Assembly (NCBI GenBank): GCA_037137755.1
Contig: JBAXJR010000004.1
Coordinates: 28,727 to 92,726, forward strand
Origin: Methanomicrobiales archaeon
GTDB taxonomy: Archaea > Halobacteriota > Methanomicrobia > Methanomicrobiales > Methanospirillaceae
DNA: 64,000 nt
Reading direction: 5' to 3'
Under the pieces are notes generated by a model, which was not told the DNA's origin, searched no databases, and saw only the letters and a list, made by a program, of their open reading frames with translations. Below are positions 30,814-40,439 of the stretch, piece by piece. Both the position numbers and the translations under genes were made by a program. The first letter of the stretch is position 1, and each line of letters starts with the position of its first letter.

Positions 30814-31419
30814 ATGGGTGTTATTGAAGAATCGGTCCATCTCCTGGAAGAGCAAATCCAGGGTTCAGGCTGCGAAGACGGGATAGTAAATCTCCGTGTC
30901 GATCCTGATAGTACTAAATGCCCGTATGAGCATGGTGTGTGCATGGTGGCGACATTTGGTGGAAAATCAGCAGAATTTGTCACCAGTGACCCGACACGGG
31001 CAACGACGAAACTATCGTTTATGTTCGGGGCAACATTTGAAAATCCACGGATAAGGGCTGCGGCCTGCGCGATAATCAATGCCCTGACCGGATTTCTCTG
31101 CATTAACCGGATCAGCCACTCGTGCTCTCCCGGGTGCCACCAGCCATGCCTGGCTGAGTTGAAAGAAAAGATAAACGGACGTACTGTCTCCCTAATCGGC
31201 TCCTCTCCCGGACTGGAAATGGAGTTGAAGGCATTTTTTGTAGAAAAGATGGAAGATGCTGAGGTTATCGTTATAAACGGGGATGGCCTGGTATCCGATG
31301 TGGCTGTCCGGTCAATTACCTGCCCGTATCCCGGCAAGGAAATATTTTTTATCGGCCCCTCAACATCCGGGGTGGCGGGCATGAAAAAAATCCAGCATTG
31401 GTGCCCGTACGGGAGATGA
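30814..31419 (+). CDS. Cys-rich hypothetical protein, possibly DUF364-related
   Basis: RAAACAIINA, FIGPSTSG and HWCPYG; family call is weak. Confidence 0.55.
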   Translation: MGVIEESVHLLEEQIQGSGCEDGIVNLRVDPDSTKCPYEHGVCMVATFGGKSAEFVTSDPTRATTKLSFMFGATFENPRIRAAACAIINALTGFLCINRISHSCSPGCHQPCLAELKEKINGRTVSLIGSSPGLEMELKAFFVEKMEDAEVIVINGDGLVSDVAVRSITCPYPGKEIFFIGPSTSGVAGMKKIQHWCPYGR

Positions 31420-31667
31420 CGACTTTTTTCGCTGGAAGACCGTATTTATTGAAAAATAATTGCAATATCGGCGGGTTAATATCGGGACAGATATCGAAAG
31501 AGATTATGGTCGGGTTTCAAAAAGGAAACCAAAAAATTCATGCGACGTTCGCCCACATTAGTATTAAAAACCCGTGATTCATTTGCGAGTAACGAAAAAT
31601 GGTGATTTCCCCCCACTTTTCAGAGTAAGTACAGAATGTTCGAATATTTGGATAACATGACCCGATA

Positions 31668-32840
31668 ATGAAAATAGACGCCCGCGTTCAGAAAGTAGTA
31701 ATCCTTGGCCCCTCCCTAAGATTTCTCTCCGGTATCAGCTATGTTACCCTGCTTCTTTCGAATTCTCTGGCAGATTATTTTAGCGTTACTGCGCTATTGT
31801 TCCGGAATATGCTCCCGAAAAAACTTTTCCCGGGATATAAAAGGGTTGGAGAAACCCTGGCAGATTGTAGTTACCGGCAAGATATAACTGTGGTTGAGTT
31901 GCTCGACTGGTATAATCCCCTTACATGGGTACAGGCCTCAAAATATATTCGCCGGGGTGACGTGATTATTTTCCAGTGGTGGACCTCAAGTGTTGCTCAC
32001 ATGTATCTTGCAATTGCGCTCATGAATATGAAGAAAAAGCCGATAGTAATCGAATTTCACGAGATAGTTGATCCTCTGGAACACGGCTTTTTTGTTCTTC
32101 GCCTTTATTCAAAAATTATGGGGACCCTGATACGGCGTCTGGCAACATTTTATATTGTACATTCAGAGATCGATCGACAATTAATCAGTTCACATTATGA
32201 GATAGATCTCAGCAGAGTCCGGGTAATCCCGATTGGACTTTTTGATCAATATAAGAAAATTGACAGGGGCCTGGCAAAAGACCATCTTGGGATCAGGGAA
32301 CCAAATGTTATTCTCTTCTTTGGACTGGTTCGTCCCTATAAAGGTGTTAAATATCTGGTCGAAGCCTTCGAAAGGCTTCCACCCGGTTTCATCCAGGAAT
32401 CACGCCTGTTAATAGTCGGGGAAGCATGGGAAGATAAGGAATTGGGGAAAATCATCGAGAGATCCCCTGTTAGATCTCATATCTCCCTTATTGATCGATA
32501 TATTGGGGACTCCGAAATCCCACTTTATTTTTCTGCAGCGGATGCACTGGTAATGCCCTATATTAGGGCTTCCCAGAGTGGAGTTGCCCATATTGGTATG
32601 GAATTTGGAATTCCAATCATTGCAACGCGGGTTGGTGGGCTTGAGGAGAGCCTTGGGAAGTATGAAGGAACATATTTTATCAATCCTATGGATCCCGATG
32701 AACTCGCAAGGGTTATCGAGCAAACATTATCAGACAAAAAACTATTCGAGCCGCCGGGAGAATTGAGATGGGATGTGATTGCAGGACAATGGAACGATCT
32801 TATCAAAAACCTCCAAAGCGATAAATATCGGGAAGAATGA
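31668..32840 (+). CDS. GT-B family 4 glycosyltransferase
   Basis: FFGLVRPYKG, PY..ASQSGV and PIIATRVGG; visibly AT-richer than its flanks. Confidence 0.9.
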   Translation: MKIDARVQKVVILGPSLRFLSGISYVTLLLSNSLADYFSVTALLFRNMLPKKLFPGYKRVGETLADCSYRQDITVVELLDWYNPLTWVQASKYIRRGDVIIFQWWTSSVAHMYLAIALMNMKKKPIVIEFHEIVDPLEHGFFVLRLYSKIMGTLIRRLATFYIVHSEIDRQLISSHYEIDLSRVRVIPIGLFDQYKKIDRGLAKDHLGIREPNVILFFGLVRPYKGVKYLVEAFERLPPGFIQESRLLIVGEAWEDKELGKIIERSPVRSHISLIDRYIGDSEIPLYFSAADALVMPYIRASQSGVAHIGMEFGIPIIATRVGGLEESLGKYEGTYFINPMDPDELARVIEQTLSDKKLFEPPGELRWDVIAGQWNDLIKNLQSDKYREE

Positions 32841-33072
32841 AAACACTGCGATAATCGGTATCGAGGCCGGGGATAAAAAGATCTCCAGATGCTACTTGTG
32901 TTGGATGGCTGACAATTATTCAAATTCATTGTTTCGATTGTTCATTTTTACAAATGAATGCTCGAATCAGACAAAAATGTCTGATTATCCTGAATTTTTA
33001 AAAACCATTACCCGGTTTGCTGTATTTTATCGTAGGCACATTTTGGTAACGCGATCCTGGCAAATTCTGTAA
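32837..33072 (+). pseudogene. Possible frameshifted 5' remnant of an alkaline-phosphatase/nucleotide-pyrophosphatase-superfamily gene
   Basis: ATGA overlap with the GT stop, but the frame stops after 5 codons; a shifted frame reads TAIIGIEAGD...WMADNY..LFRL. Confidence 0.25.
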
Positions 33073-33220
33073 ATTAAACCGCCACAAAATCTTATCTCCC
33101 CTCTTCCACAGGTCGTATGTTAAAAATAATATTTTTTTGAATTGCTTACTGACGAAGGTAAGTGATATCATGCAACATTTGATATTGGGGTTGTATAACA
33201 CCTTATCAGGTGATCGCACA

Positions 33221-33514
33221 ATGGTTGGAGGAGTAATAGAGGCAGGGATGCGGGTCCGTTATACAGGGACAGGGACCACGGGGACCATAGTCAGGTTCGA
33301 ACGACAGGAGGGAAAAGAATTTGCAGAACTCGATTCAACACACCTCCTTTACCTGACTGACAAACTAGTCCCGGCGGAGGCTGGAACTGAAAAGAAATAC
33401 CAGAAAAAGGAAGATATTAAGAAAACAATTGAAGAAGAAAGAGAGTTTATTTCAGGCTCTGCATTCCAGGAATCCCTCAAAAATATTGACCAGAGCTGCG
33501 AAGGCGGCGGGTAA
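33221..33514 (+). CDS. DUF2098-like methanogen small protein
   Basis: VRYTGTGTTG.I, LDST.L.Y and C-terminal CEGGG; AGGTGA ribosome-binding site before ATG 33221. Confidence 0.75.
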   Translation: MVGGVIEAGMRVRYTGTGTTGTIVRFERQEGKEFAELDSTHLLYLTDKLVPAEAGTEKKYQKKEDIKKTIEEEREFISGSAFQESLKNIDQSCEGGG

Positions 33515-33772
33515 TATTATTTTTAGGTTTTTCCATCCCGGACAACCCCTTGCCTGTAGTCTGGACACTTCAGTTGATTTTTCTCTCTTCTGAACTTTCC
33601 GGTGGGATGATCACTAGTAACCCGCAATTTGTAAATCAGGATTGATTCGGACAAATCCGGCAGGAATAACGTGAATTTTTTTGTCTTCCGAAAGCGCCTA
33701 AAAAACGAATTGGTTTTACTGATTACGTATAAGTAGGATCATTATATATTCAATAGGGAGGTTTGATCACAT

Positions 33773-35008
33773 TTGCGTGATGTAACAATTCCAAGTGTCA
33801 ACATAGGGGTTGTCGGACATGTGGACCATGGAAAGACAACTCTGGTGTACGGGCTAACTGACACCTGGACGGATCGGCATAGCGAAGAAATTAAGCGCGG
33901 TATCTCGATCCGTCTCGGATATGCAGATGTGACGTTCTATAAATGTCCCGGTTGCGAAGGGCCGGACGCATTTTCTCCAAAGCCGGTATGTACGGTATGC
34001 GGGTCTAAAGCGGTACCATTCCGCTCTGTTTCGTTTGTCGATGCACCGGGCCATGAGACCCTGATGGCGACCATGCTTTCCGGGTCAGCACTGATGGATG
34101 GTGCAATGCTCGTTATTGCTGCAAACGAGGTATGCCCGCAGCCACAGACGAAAGAGCACCTCATGGCGCTTGAGCTGGTGGGAATTAAGAACATAGTCAT
34201 AGTCCAGAACAAGATCGATGTGGTCAGTGCCAAAGAGGCAAGGGCCCATTATGACCAGATAAAAAAATTCATCAAGGGTACAATCGCTGAAAATGCCCCC
34301 ATCATTCCTGTATCTGCCCAGAAAGGCATTAACATCGGGGCACTAGTTGAAGCGCTGGACCAGACCATTCCCGAACCGGATCGTGACCCCGAAGCAAAGC
34401 CGATGATGCTGATTGCACGGTCCTTTGATATAAATAAACCCGGGTGTAACTGGAAAGAAGTAAAGGGCGGGGTTATCGGGGGTTCACTTATCCGAGGTGA
34501 ATTCAAGGAGGGTGATGATATCGAAATCCGCCCCGGCCGGCAGAAACAGGTCGAGAACCGGATACGATGGGACCCGATTGAAACAAAAATCACCTCGATT
34601 AACGCCGGCTCAAAGAAAGTGCTGGAGGCATCCCCCGGCGGGCTTCTCGGAATTGCCACCAAGTTAGACCCTGCCCTTACGAAAAGCGATGCGCTTGCAG
34701 GACAGGTCGCAGGTCATGTGGGTTCACTGCCCCCGGTCTGGGATAAATTAAAATTCCGGGTTATGCTAATGGAGCGTGTTGTAGGGGCATCGAACGAGTT
34801 AACGATTGAACCATTAAAGCACAACGAACCACTGATGCTATCAGTTGGAACTGCTGTGACCGTCGGTGTCGTGACCAATACCAAGAAAGACGCGGTTGAA
34901 GTGACCCTGAAGAGGCCCGTATGTGCAGAGCTGGGTGGAAGAATTGCGATTAGCCGGCAGGTGGGGGCAAGATGGCGGTTGATCGGGATGGGAATCCTCA
35001 CCGAGTGA
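33773..35008 (+). CDS. eif2g: Translation initiation factor aIF2 gamma
   Basis: GHVDHGKT, RGISIRLGY, Zn knuckle, DAPGH and NKID. Confidence 0.96.
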   Translation: MRDVTIPSVNIGVVGHVDHGKTTLVYGLTDTWTDRHSEEIKRGISIRLGYADVTFYKCPGCEGPDAFSPKPVCTVCGSKAVPFRSVSFVDAPGHETLMATMLSGSALMDGAMLVIAANEVCPQPQTKEHLMALELVGIKNIVIVQNKIDVVSAKEARAHYDQIKKFIKGTIAENAPIIPVSAQKGINIGALVEALDQTIPEPDRDPEAKPMMLIARSFDINKPGCNWKEVKGGVIGGSLIRGEFKEGDDIEIRPGRQKQVENRIRWDPIETKITSINAGSKKVLEASPGGLLGIATKLDPALTKSDALAGQVAGHVGSLPPVWDKLKFRVMLMERVVGASNELTIEPLKHNEPLMLSVGTAVTVGVVTNTKKDAVEVTLKRPVCAELGGRIAISRQVGARWRLIGMGILTE

Positions 35009-35385
35009 CCGTCCTCCTGGATACCAATGCGCTTATGATGCCATCGCAGTTCAGGATAGACCTCTTTGAAGAGCTAAGGGATCTCCTTGGCTCCTATGAA
35101 CCGGTTGTCCTTGCCGAAGTGGTGGAGGAACTGAAGCGCCTGTCCGCAGGACATGGAAGAGATGCCGCGGCTGCAAGGCTGGGCCTCGAAATGTCCCGGA
35201 AGTGCACTATCGTGGAGAGTGGTTCAGGCGAAGGTACCGTGGATGAACGGATTTCAGGTTATGCCGGACAACACGGGGGCATGGTCCTGACAAATGACCG
35301 CGCACTCCGGAACCAGCTGCTCACTCAAAAAATTCCGGTAATATCACTAAAAAATCAGAAAAAACTCGGTGTAATAAGGAGATAA
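35005..35385 (+). CDS. PIN-domain protein (Fcf1/Utp24-like)
   Basis: LLDTNAL, V..EL and TND..LR; GTGA overlap. Confidence 0.88.
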   Translation: MTVLLDTNALMMPSQFRIDLFEELRDLLGSYEPVVLAEVVEELKRLSAGHGRDAAAARLGLEMSRKCTIVESGSGEGTVDERISGYAGQHGGMVLTNDRALRNQLLTQKIPVISLKNQKKLGVIRR

Positions 35386-35391
35386 TGGATT

Positions 35392-35979
35392 ATGTATTAC
35401 AGGATGAAGCTTAGCGATAAGGTGAGAGTACCTCCTCACCGTCTTGGCGAAGCACTTGATAAGGTAATTCTCGATGTCCTCCAGGAACAGCTCGAGGGCA
35501 GTATTGACAAGGAGATAGGGATCTTTATCGGCGTTACGAAAGTGCTGACAATCGGGGAAGGGGAAATAATTCCCGGAGATGGTGCAGTATTTTACGACGT
35601 AGATTTTGAGGCACTGGTCCTCAGGCTGTCACTCCAGGAGGTCATGGAGGGACTTGTTGTCGAGACAACCAGTTTTGGTGCATTTGTAAGCCTTGGGCCA
35701 ATCGATGCGATGCTCCACGTCAGCCAGATTTCAGACGAATATATCAGCTTTGACGAGAAGAATTCACGGCTGATCTGCCAGGAATCCAAGAGATTTATTG
35801 CAGTCGGTGAACCCATCCGGAGTCGTGTGGTAACGCTCAGCCTCAACGAGAGAGAGCCGAGGGATAGCAAGATAGGGCTTACGATGAGACAGTCAGGTCT
35901 GGGTACCGGTGTATGGCTTGAAGACGATATGAACAAGGAGAAAGAGAAGGAAAAGGGTGGGGAACGTGGTAGCCAGTAG
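35392..35979 (+). CDS. rpoE1: RNA polymerase subunit E' (Rpo7)
   Basis: VRVPP, PGDGA, FGAFVSLGPIDAMLHVSQI and IGLTMRQ.GLG. Confidence 0.95.
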   Translation: MYYRMKLSDKVRVPPHRLGEALDKVILDVLQEQLEGSIDKEIGIFIGVTKVLTIGEGEIIPGDGAVFYDVDFEALVLRLSLQEVMEGLVVETTSFGAFVSLGPIDAMLHVSQISDEYISFDEKNSRLICQESKRFIAVGEPIRSRVVTLSLNEREPRDSKIGLTMRQSGLGTGVWLEDDMNKEKEKEKGGERGSQ

Positions 35980-36172
35980 CCGGAAAAAGCAGGGTCGTGT
36001 ATGCCGCGAATGCCACCGGGTCGTCGAAGGGGAAGCATGTGCAGTGTGCGGGTCAGGGAACCTGAGTACCGACTGGACTGGTTACCTTGTCATTATTGAC
36101 CCGGAACGGTCAGAGATCTCCAAAAAGATGAATATCAAGCTGCCCGGGAAATACGCGTTGAAGGTCAGGTAA
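35966..36172 (+). CDS. spt4: Transcription elongation factor Spt4 (RpoE'')
   Basis: CRECH...CAVCGS, DWTGY..IIDP..S.I and PGKYALKVR. Confidence 0.93.
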   Translation: MVASSRKKQGRVCRECHRVVEGEACAVCGSGNLSTDWTGYLVIIDPERSEISKKMNIKLPGKYALKVR

Positions 36173-36663
36173 TGCTCATCCTTCCCCGGGAGCAAAGAAA
36201 ATTTTTTAAAGTCCCTTTTGGAATTCTTTATCCTGACATTGCTGATATTATTCCACTTATCAGGGGAAAACAGGTATACACGGTTGGGGACGTAGTCACG
36301 CACCGTCTCCTTGAGCTGGGGATCACTCCTGATATTGCGATTATCGACGGGCATACCATGAGATCCCCGTGCGACAGGACGCCCGTTATCTATGCCCACT
36401 GCATACGGGTAAAAAATCCTCCAGGTTCGCTCTCTGATGAACTGATGAAGGGGCTGAAGGAGGCCCTCCGACACCCGCAGGTAATGATCTTTGTGGACGG
36501 GGAGGAAGATTTGGCAGTTATTCCCCTTGTAATCGCTGCAAATGAAGGATCCGTCGTTTTATACGGCCAGCCACGTGAGGGTGTTGTGTTCCGTCTGGTC
36601 GATCTGGAAGCGAAGGAGAAAGCCCGGGATATGCTGACCTATTTTGTAAATAGCCCTGAATAG
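36172..36663 (+). CDS. GTP-dependent dephospho-CoA kinase (DUF359)
   Basis: VGDVVT, IIDG.T.R, NPPG, VDGEEDL and YGQP. Confidence 0.9.
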   Translation: MLILPREQRKFFKVPFGILYPDIADIIPLIRGKQVYTVGDVVTHRLLELGITPDIAIIDGHTMRSPCDRTPVIYAHCIRVKNPPGSLSDELMKGLKEALRHPQVMIFVDGEEDLAVIPLVIAANEGSVVLYGQPREGVVFRLVDLEAKEKARDMLTYFVNSPE

Positions 36664-36765
36664 TTTGTTTATTAACAAAACAACGATTTCATGCCATTTC
36701 TAGGTATCCGCACGAACCATGATCATATTTTATATAAAGTCGTTACCTATAATTAGAGGATATCG

Positions 36766-37062
36766 ATGGAGTTTGAGATAACGAAGGATAAGAGAAACGA
36801 GCTTCTCATGAGGAGAGAACTCAATTTCGTCCTCCGATACGATGGTGCTACCCCCTCAAGGATGCAAATCACCGGGAAATTATCAGCACTTCTCAATACG
36901 AATGAGAAGCAGATGGTAATTGATTCATTAAAGACCGGTTTCGGAAGGATGGAACTCACAGGGATGGCCCGGATATATGATAACGAAGAGACAAAGGTGA
37001 AAACCGAGCGGCAATACCTGATGACCCGCGGGGTACCAAAACCGAAGGAAGAGGCAGCGTAG
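36766..37062 (+). CDS. rps24e: 30S ribosomal protein S24e
   Basis: [13 protein letters not shown] and TGFG...G.ARIY. Confidence 0.93.
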   Translation: MEFEITKDKRNELLMRRELNFVLRYDGATPSRMQITGKLSALLNTNEKQMVIDSLKTGFGRMELTGMARIYDNEETKVKTERQYLMTRGVPKPKEEAA

Positions 37063-37064
37063 TC

Positions 37065-37247
37065 ATGGCAGCGAAAAAAGCCAAGGAATCAAAGGCAGCC
37101 AAACGCGGTTCATATTACAAAGTCGATGGAGACAAGGTCACCACCGATAAGAAATACTGCCCAAGGTGCGGTCCCGGAATTATTATGGCCGGGCACAAAG
37201 ACCGCTCTGCCTGTGGAAAATGTGGCTATACCGAATTTACTAAATAA
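37065..37247 (+). CDS. rps27ae: 30S ribosomal protein S27ae
   Basis: [21 protein letters not shown]. Confidence 0.95.
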   Translation: MAAKKAKESKAAKRGSYYKVDGDKVTTDKKYCPRCGPGIIMAGHKDRSACGKCGYTEFTK

Positions 37248-37253
37248 GATTAG

Positions 37254-38837
37254 ATGCCTGTTTTTGGGCCGGTCCTGGGGATTGAAGGCACTGCCTGGAA
37301 TCTCAGTGCCGCTGTTTTTGATACGTCCCTCCGGGCGATCTGTTCCCGTCCTTACAAACCAGCACAGGGGGGTATTCACCCGAGGGAAGCTGCCCAGCAC
37401 CATGCATCGGAGATGAGATCGGTCATCTCCCGTGTACTCGAGGACTTTGGTGACACGTCACGCATTGAAGGGGTCGCTTTTTCTATCGGGCCCGGCCTCG
37501 GCCCTTGTCTCCGGACCGTCGCTACCGCCTCCCGTTCGTTATCTTTGGCGCTTGGCGTGCCACTTGTCGGGGTTAACCATTGTGTTGCTCATGTCGAGAT
37601 TGGACGGTATACAACAGGCTGTAATGACCCGGTCACCCTGTATGCCAGCGGGGCAAATACCCAGGTAATCGGCTACCTGAAATCCAGGTACCGCATTTTC
37701 GGTGAAACCCTTGATATCGGGCTTGGCAATGCGCTGGACAAATTTGCCAGGACAAAAGGGCTCCCTCATCCTGGCGGGCCCGTCATCGAGGCACTTGCCG
37801 CAAAAGGGAGTTATATTGAGCTGCCTTATACCGTGAAAGGGATGGACCTGGCATTCTCCGGCCTTGTAAGCGCGGCGAAAGATAGAAGGGAGGCTATTGA
37901 AGACGTCTGTAACGGCCTCCAGGAGACTGCATTTGCCATGTGTGCCGAGGTGACTGAACGGGCGCTGGCACATAGCGGGAAAGATGAAGTGCTGCTGGTC
38001 GGCGGTGTCGGGGCAAACAGGCGACTTCGCGATATGCTGAAGGTAATGGCAGAAGAGAGAGGTGCATCGTTCCATGTGCCTGATACAGGGTTCCTGGGGG
38101 ATAATGGTGCCATGATAGCATACACGGGAAGGGTGATGCTCGAACATGGTGTCACTACCCCTCTTGCGTCCTCCCATGTCAATCCCTCCTTCCGCGTGGA
38201 CCAGGTCGATGTTGTGTGGCGGTCAGGTGAGACGGCACCGGCGGTCCCTGTTCACCGGGCCGGACGTACCACTGCAATCGGAGCTGAGGCCACCGTAACG
38301 ATGGGCCGGCATGAGGTCTGTAAAGAACGAGGTGGGAAATGCTACCGGTCCCCGGGCCTCGACCGGCAGCTTATCCGCGAACGCACCCGCACGGAGGCAC
38401 GCCTCATCTCAATGGCGAGAAGGGCAGGGGTACCTACGCCTGTCATCAGGGATATCAATGAGAATTCCATCCTGATGGAAAAAATCGAAGGCCCGATGCT
38501 CAAAGAATGCCTGGAACCGCACCTCGTATGCGAGGCGGGTAAAATGGTCGGTCGTCTTCACCGGGCTGGGATCATCCATGGGGACCTCACAACGAGTAAT
38601 ATCCTGGTACATGGCGGCAGGTGTGTGCTGATTGATTTCGGTCTTGCACAGGTATCGTCGGAGATTGAACCGCGGGGTGTCGATATTCACGTATTTTTCC
38701 AGACCCTGGAAAGTATGGTTGAAAACCACGAACAACTCCGGCAGTGCTTTATCGAGGGTTACTCAGGGGAATTTGACCATGCAGGCGAGGTTGTTGCCCG
38801 GGAACAGGAGATCCTGCAAAGAGGGCGTTATTTATGA
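37254..38837 (+). CDS. kae1: Bifunctional Kae1 (t6A synthase)-Bud32 kinase
   Basis: LGIEGTAW, GGIHP, VNHCVAH and DNGAMI, followed by GAEA, IHGDLTTSN and IDFGL. Confidence 0.95.
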   Translation: MPVFGPVLGIEGTAWNLSAAVFDTSLRAICSRPYKPAQGGIHPREAAQHHASEMRSVISRVLEDFGDTSRIEGVAFSIGPGLGPCLRTVATASRSLSLALGVPLVGVNHCVAHVEIGRYTTGCNDPVTLYASGANTQVIGYLKSRYRIFGETLDIGLGNALDKFARTKGLPHPGGPVIEALAAKGSYIELPYTVKGMDLAFSGLVSAAKDRREAIEDVCNGLQETAFAMCAEVTERALAHSGKDEVLLVGGVGANRRLRDMLKVMAEERGASFHVPDTGFLGDNGAMIAYTGRVMLEHGVTTPLASSHVNPSFRVDQVDVVWRSGETAPAVPVHRAGRTTAIGAEATVTMGRHEVCKERGGKCYRSPGLDRQLIRERTRTEARLISMARRAGVPTPVIRDINENSILMEKIEGPMLKECLEPHLVCEAGKMVGRLHRAGIIHGDLTTSNILVHGGRCVLIDFGLAQVSSEIEPRGVDIHVFFQTLESMVENHEQLRQCFIEGYSGEFDHAGEVVAREQEILQRGRYL

Positions 38838-39379
38838 AACTTCTTGTCGTAACGAGTAACCCCCACAAGGCCGACGAGATCAGGTCTTACTTTGGTGGCG
38901 CGATTGAGGTGGAAGATGTCCGGCTCGAATGCCCGGAGTGCCGCCATGATGATGTTGCAGAAATCGCACGATATAAAGCAGAATTTGCATGGGAAAAACT
39001 TAAAAGGCCCCTGATCGTGGACGATACTGCGTTCTGCATCGAATCCTTGGCTGGTTTCCCCGGTCCGTACGCAGCCTATGTATTCTATACAATCGGTAAC
39101 GAAGGGATCCTCAGGCTTACTGCAGGAAAAAACAGGGTGGCCCATTTCGAAACTGCCATTGCCTATGCGGACTCTTCGGGGATAAGGGTATTCCGCGGGA
39201 TATTACCGGGTCACATTGTTGAACCCCGTGGTAGGGAGGGATTTGGTTATGATCCCATTTTTGAATGGAACGGCCGGACTCTTGCAGAAATCCCGCTCGA
39301 TGAGAAGAGCAGGATATCCCACCGGGCTTTAGCACTCGGGGAATTACAAGGCTGGCTGCTCGCAGAAGGGGATGTATAA
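38834..39379 (+). CDS. rdgB: Non-canonical purine NTP pyrophosphatase (RdgB/HAM1)
   Basis: TSNPHK, VDDT, GFPGPY, GFGYDPIF and SHR. Confidence 0.93.
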   Translation: MKLLVVTSNPHKADEIRSYFGGAIEVEDVRLECPECRHDDVAEIARYKAEFAWEKLKRPLIVDDTAFCIESLAGFPGPYAAYVFYTIGNEGILRLTAGKNRVAHFETAIAYADSSGIRVFRGILPGHIVEPRGREGFGYDPIFEWNGRTLAEIPLDEKSRISHRALALGELQGWLLAEGDV

Positions 39380-39456
39380 AGGAATTTCCCGCAACTGTTA
39401 AGTGGAAAGAGAGCTTTGTTTATAAGACAGAATAAAACTGGAATGTGGTGTAGAAA

Positions 39457-39603
39457 ATGGCAAGATTTCCTGAAGCAGAAGCCCGCCTTCTTAATGTAAA
39501 AATTTGTATGCGCTGTAATGCAAGGAATGCAATTCGTGCGACACAGTGCCGAAAATGCGGGTACCAGAATCTGCGCCCTAAGAACAAAGAGCGAAAAGCC
39601 TGA
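39457..39603 (+). CDS. rpl40e: 50S ribosomal protein L40e
   Basis: Not in ORF track (48 aa): [48 protein letters not shown]. Confidence 0.95.
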   Translation: MARFPEAEARLLNVKICMRCNARNAIRATQCRKCGYQNLRPKNKERKA

Positions 39604-39604
39604 T

Positions 39605-40255
39605 TCAGGCACTATAGAACGTCACTCTTTTTCCTTTCTGGGCGTATTCCCCTTTGAAAGTTTCAATGTTGCGCTTGTAACCCAACCTGTCCGCGAACCC
39701 AAGTTTATGCAATTCTTCACGTACCCGCATAACTTCTGCCTCGTCCTGCCAGTCTGCGGTGTATACATAGATCACTTTCATCTGGTCTCTTGAATCCGGG
39801 TTAGGTTTGGCCGTGCTGACCTTGGCTGAGATCCCAAGAATATTTGCGCAGGTCGCGTCCCTGATTTTTTTCCACGGTTCGTCAACCTGGTCAGGCGGGA
39901 GGAAAATCAGCCATTTTCCTGCAATTTCGTCTTCAATTGCTTCAGGCGGAATGTCGGGGGCCTCCTGGATAATCCAGTACATCCGGGTTGTCTTGGACGG
40001 GATCACCCCTTCTCCCCTGGTTATCATCTCGTATATCTGGTCAATTCCCCCGAATTTCACCAGGAGTGCATCCCCAAGCTGGGGGTATTCTTCCCCGAAC
40101 CTGGAAAAAAAAGCGACAAAATGGTCTTTGAAGTCGATGTTCTGTTCGACCAGCTGGAACAGGTAGTTCCCTTCCGCGCGGAGCTCTTTATTCAATGCCA
40201 GTTCGAAGAGTCCGTACGCCACATCAGCCAGTGCTTCAGGTCCGACTTCAGCCAT
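39605..40255 (-). CDS. DUF1917/Bles03-like protein
   Basis: GKWLIF...VD..W..I, SAKVST, VIYVYT.DW.D...V.RV and YKR. Confidence 0.72.
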   Translation of the reverse strand: MAEVGPEALADVAYGLFELALNKELRAEGNYLFQLVEQNIDFKDHFVAFFSRFGEEYPQLGDALLVKFGGIDQIYEMITRGEGVIPSKTTRMYWIIQEAPDIPPEAIEDEIAGKWLIFLPPDQVDEPWKKIRDATCANILGISAKVSTAKPNPDSRDQMKVIYVYTADWQDEAEVMRVREELHKLGFADRLGYKRNIETFKGEYAQKGKRVTFYSA

Positions 40256-40439
40256 AGTTAACCGTCCGATGTCGTGTGAAAAAAAGGTTCTGTTTGGTGT
40301 CTCATATATCCTTCCATAGCAGTCCCGTATTCCTGTTTATACCGGGTCATCGGCAATGAGGGCAATTCCCCCGGATTTAGAACGGTATTTTTGCCATTGT
40401 CGAATGTTTTAAGAGTAAAAGAAACAACGTGTACAGATT

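Noticed and set aside
37254-38837. Kae1-Bud32 fusion as a novelty
   Set aside because: It is a known, common fusion in Euryarchaeota.
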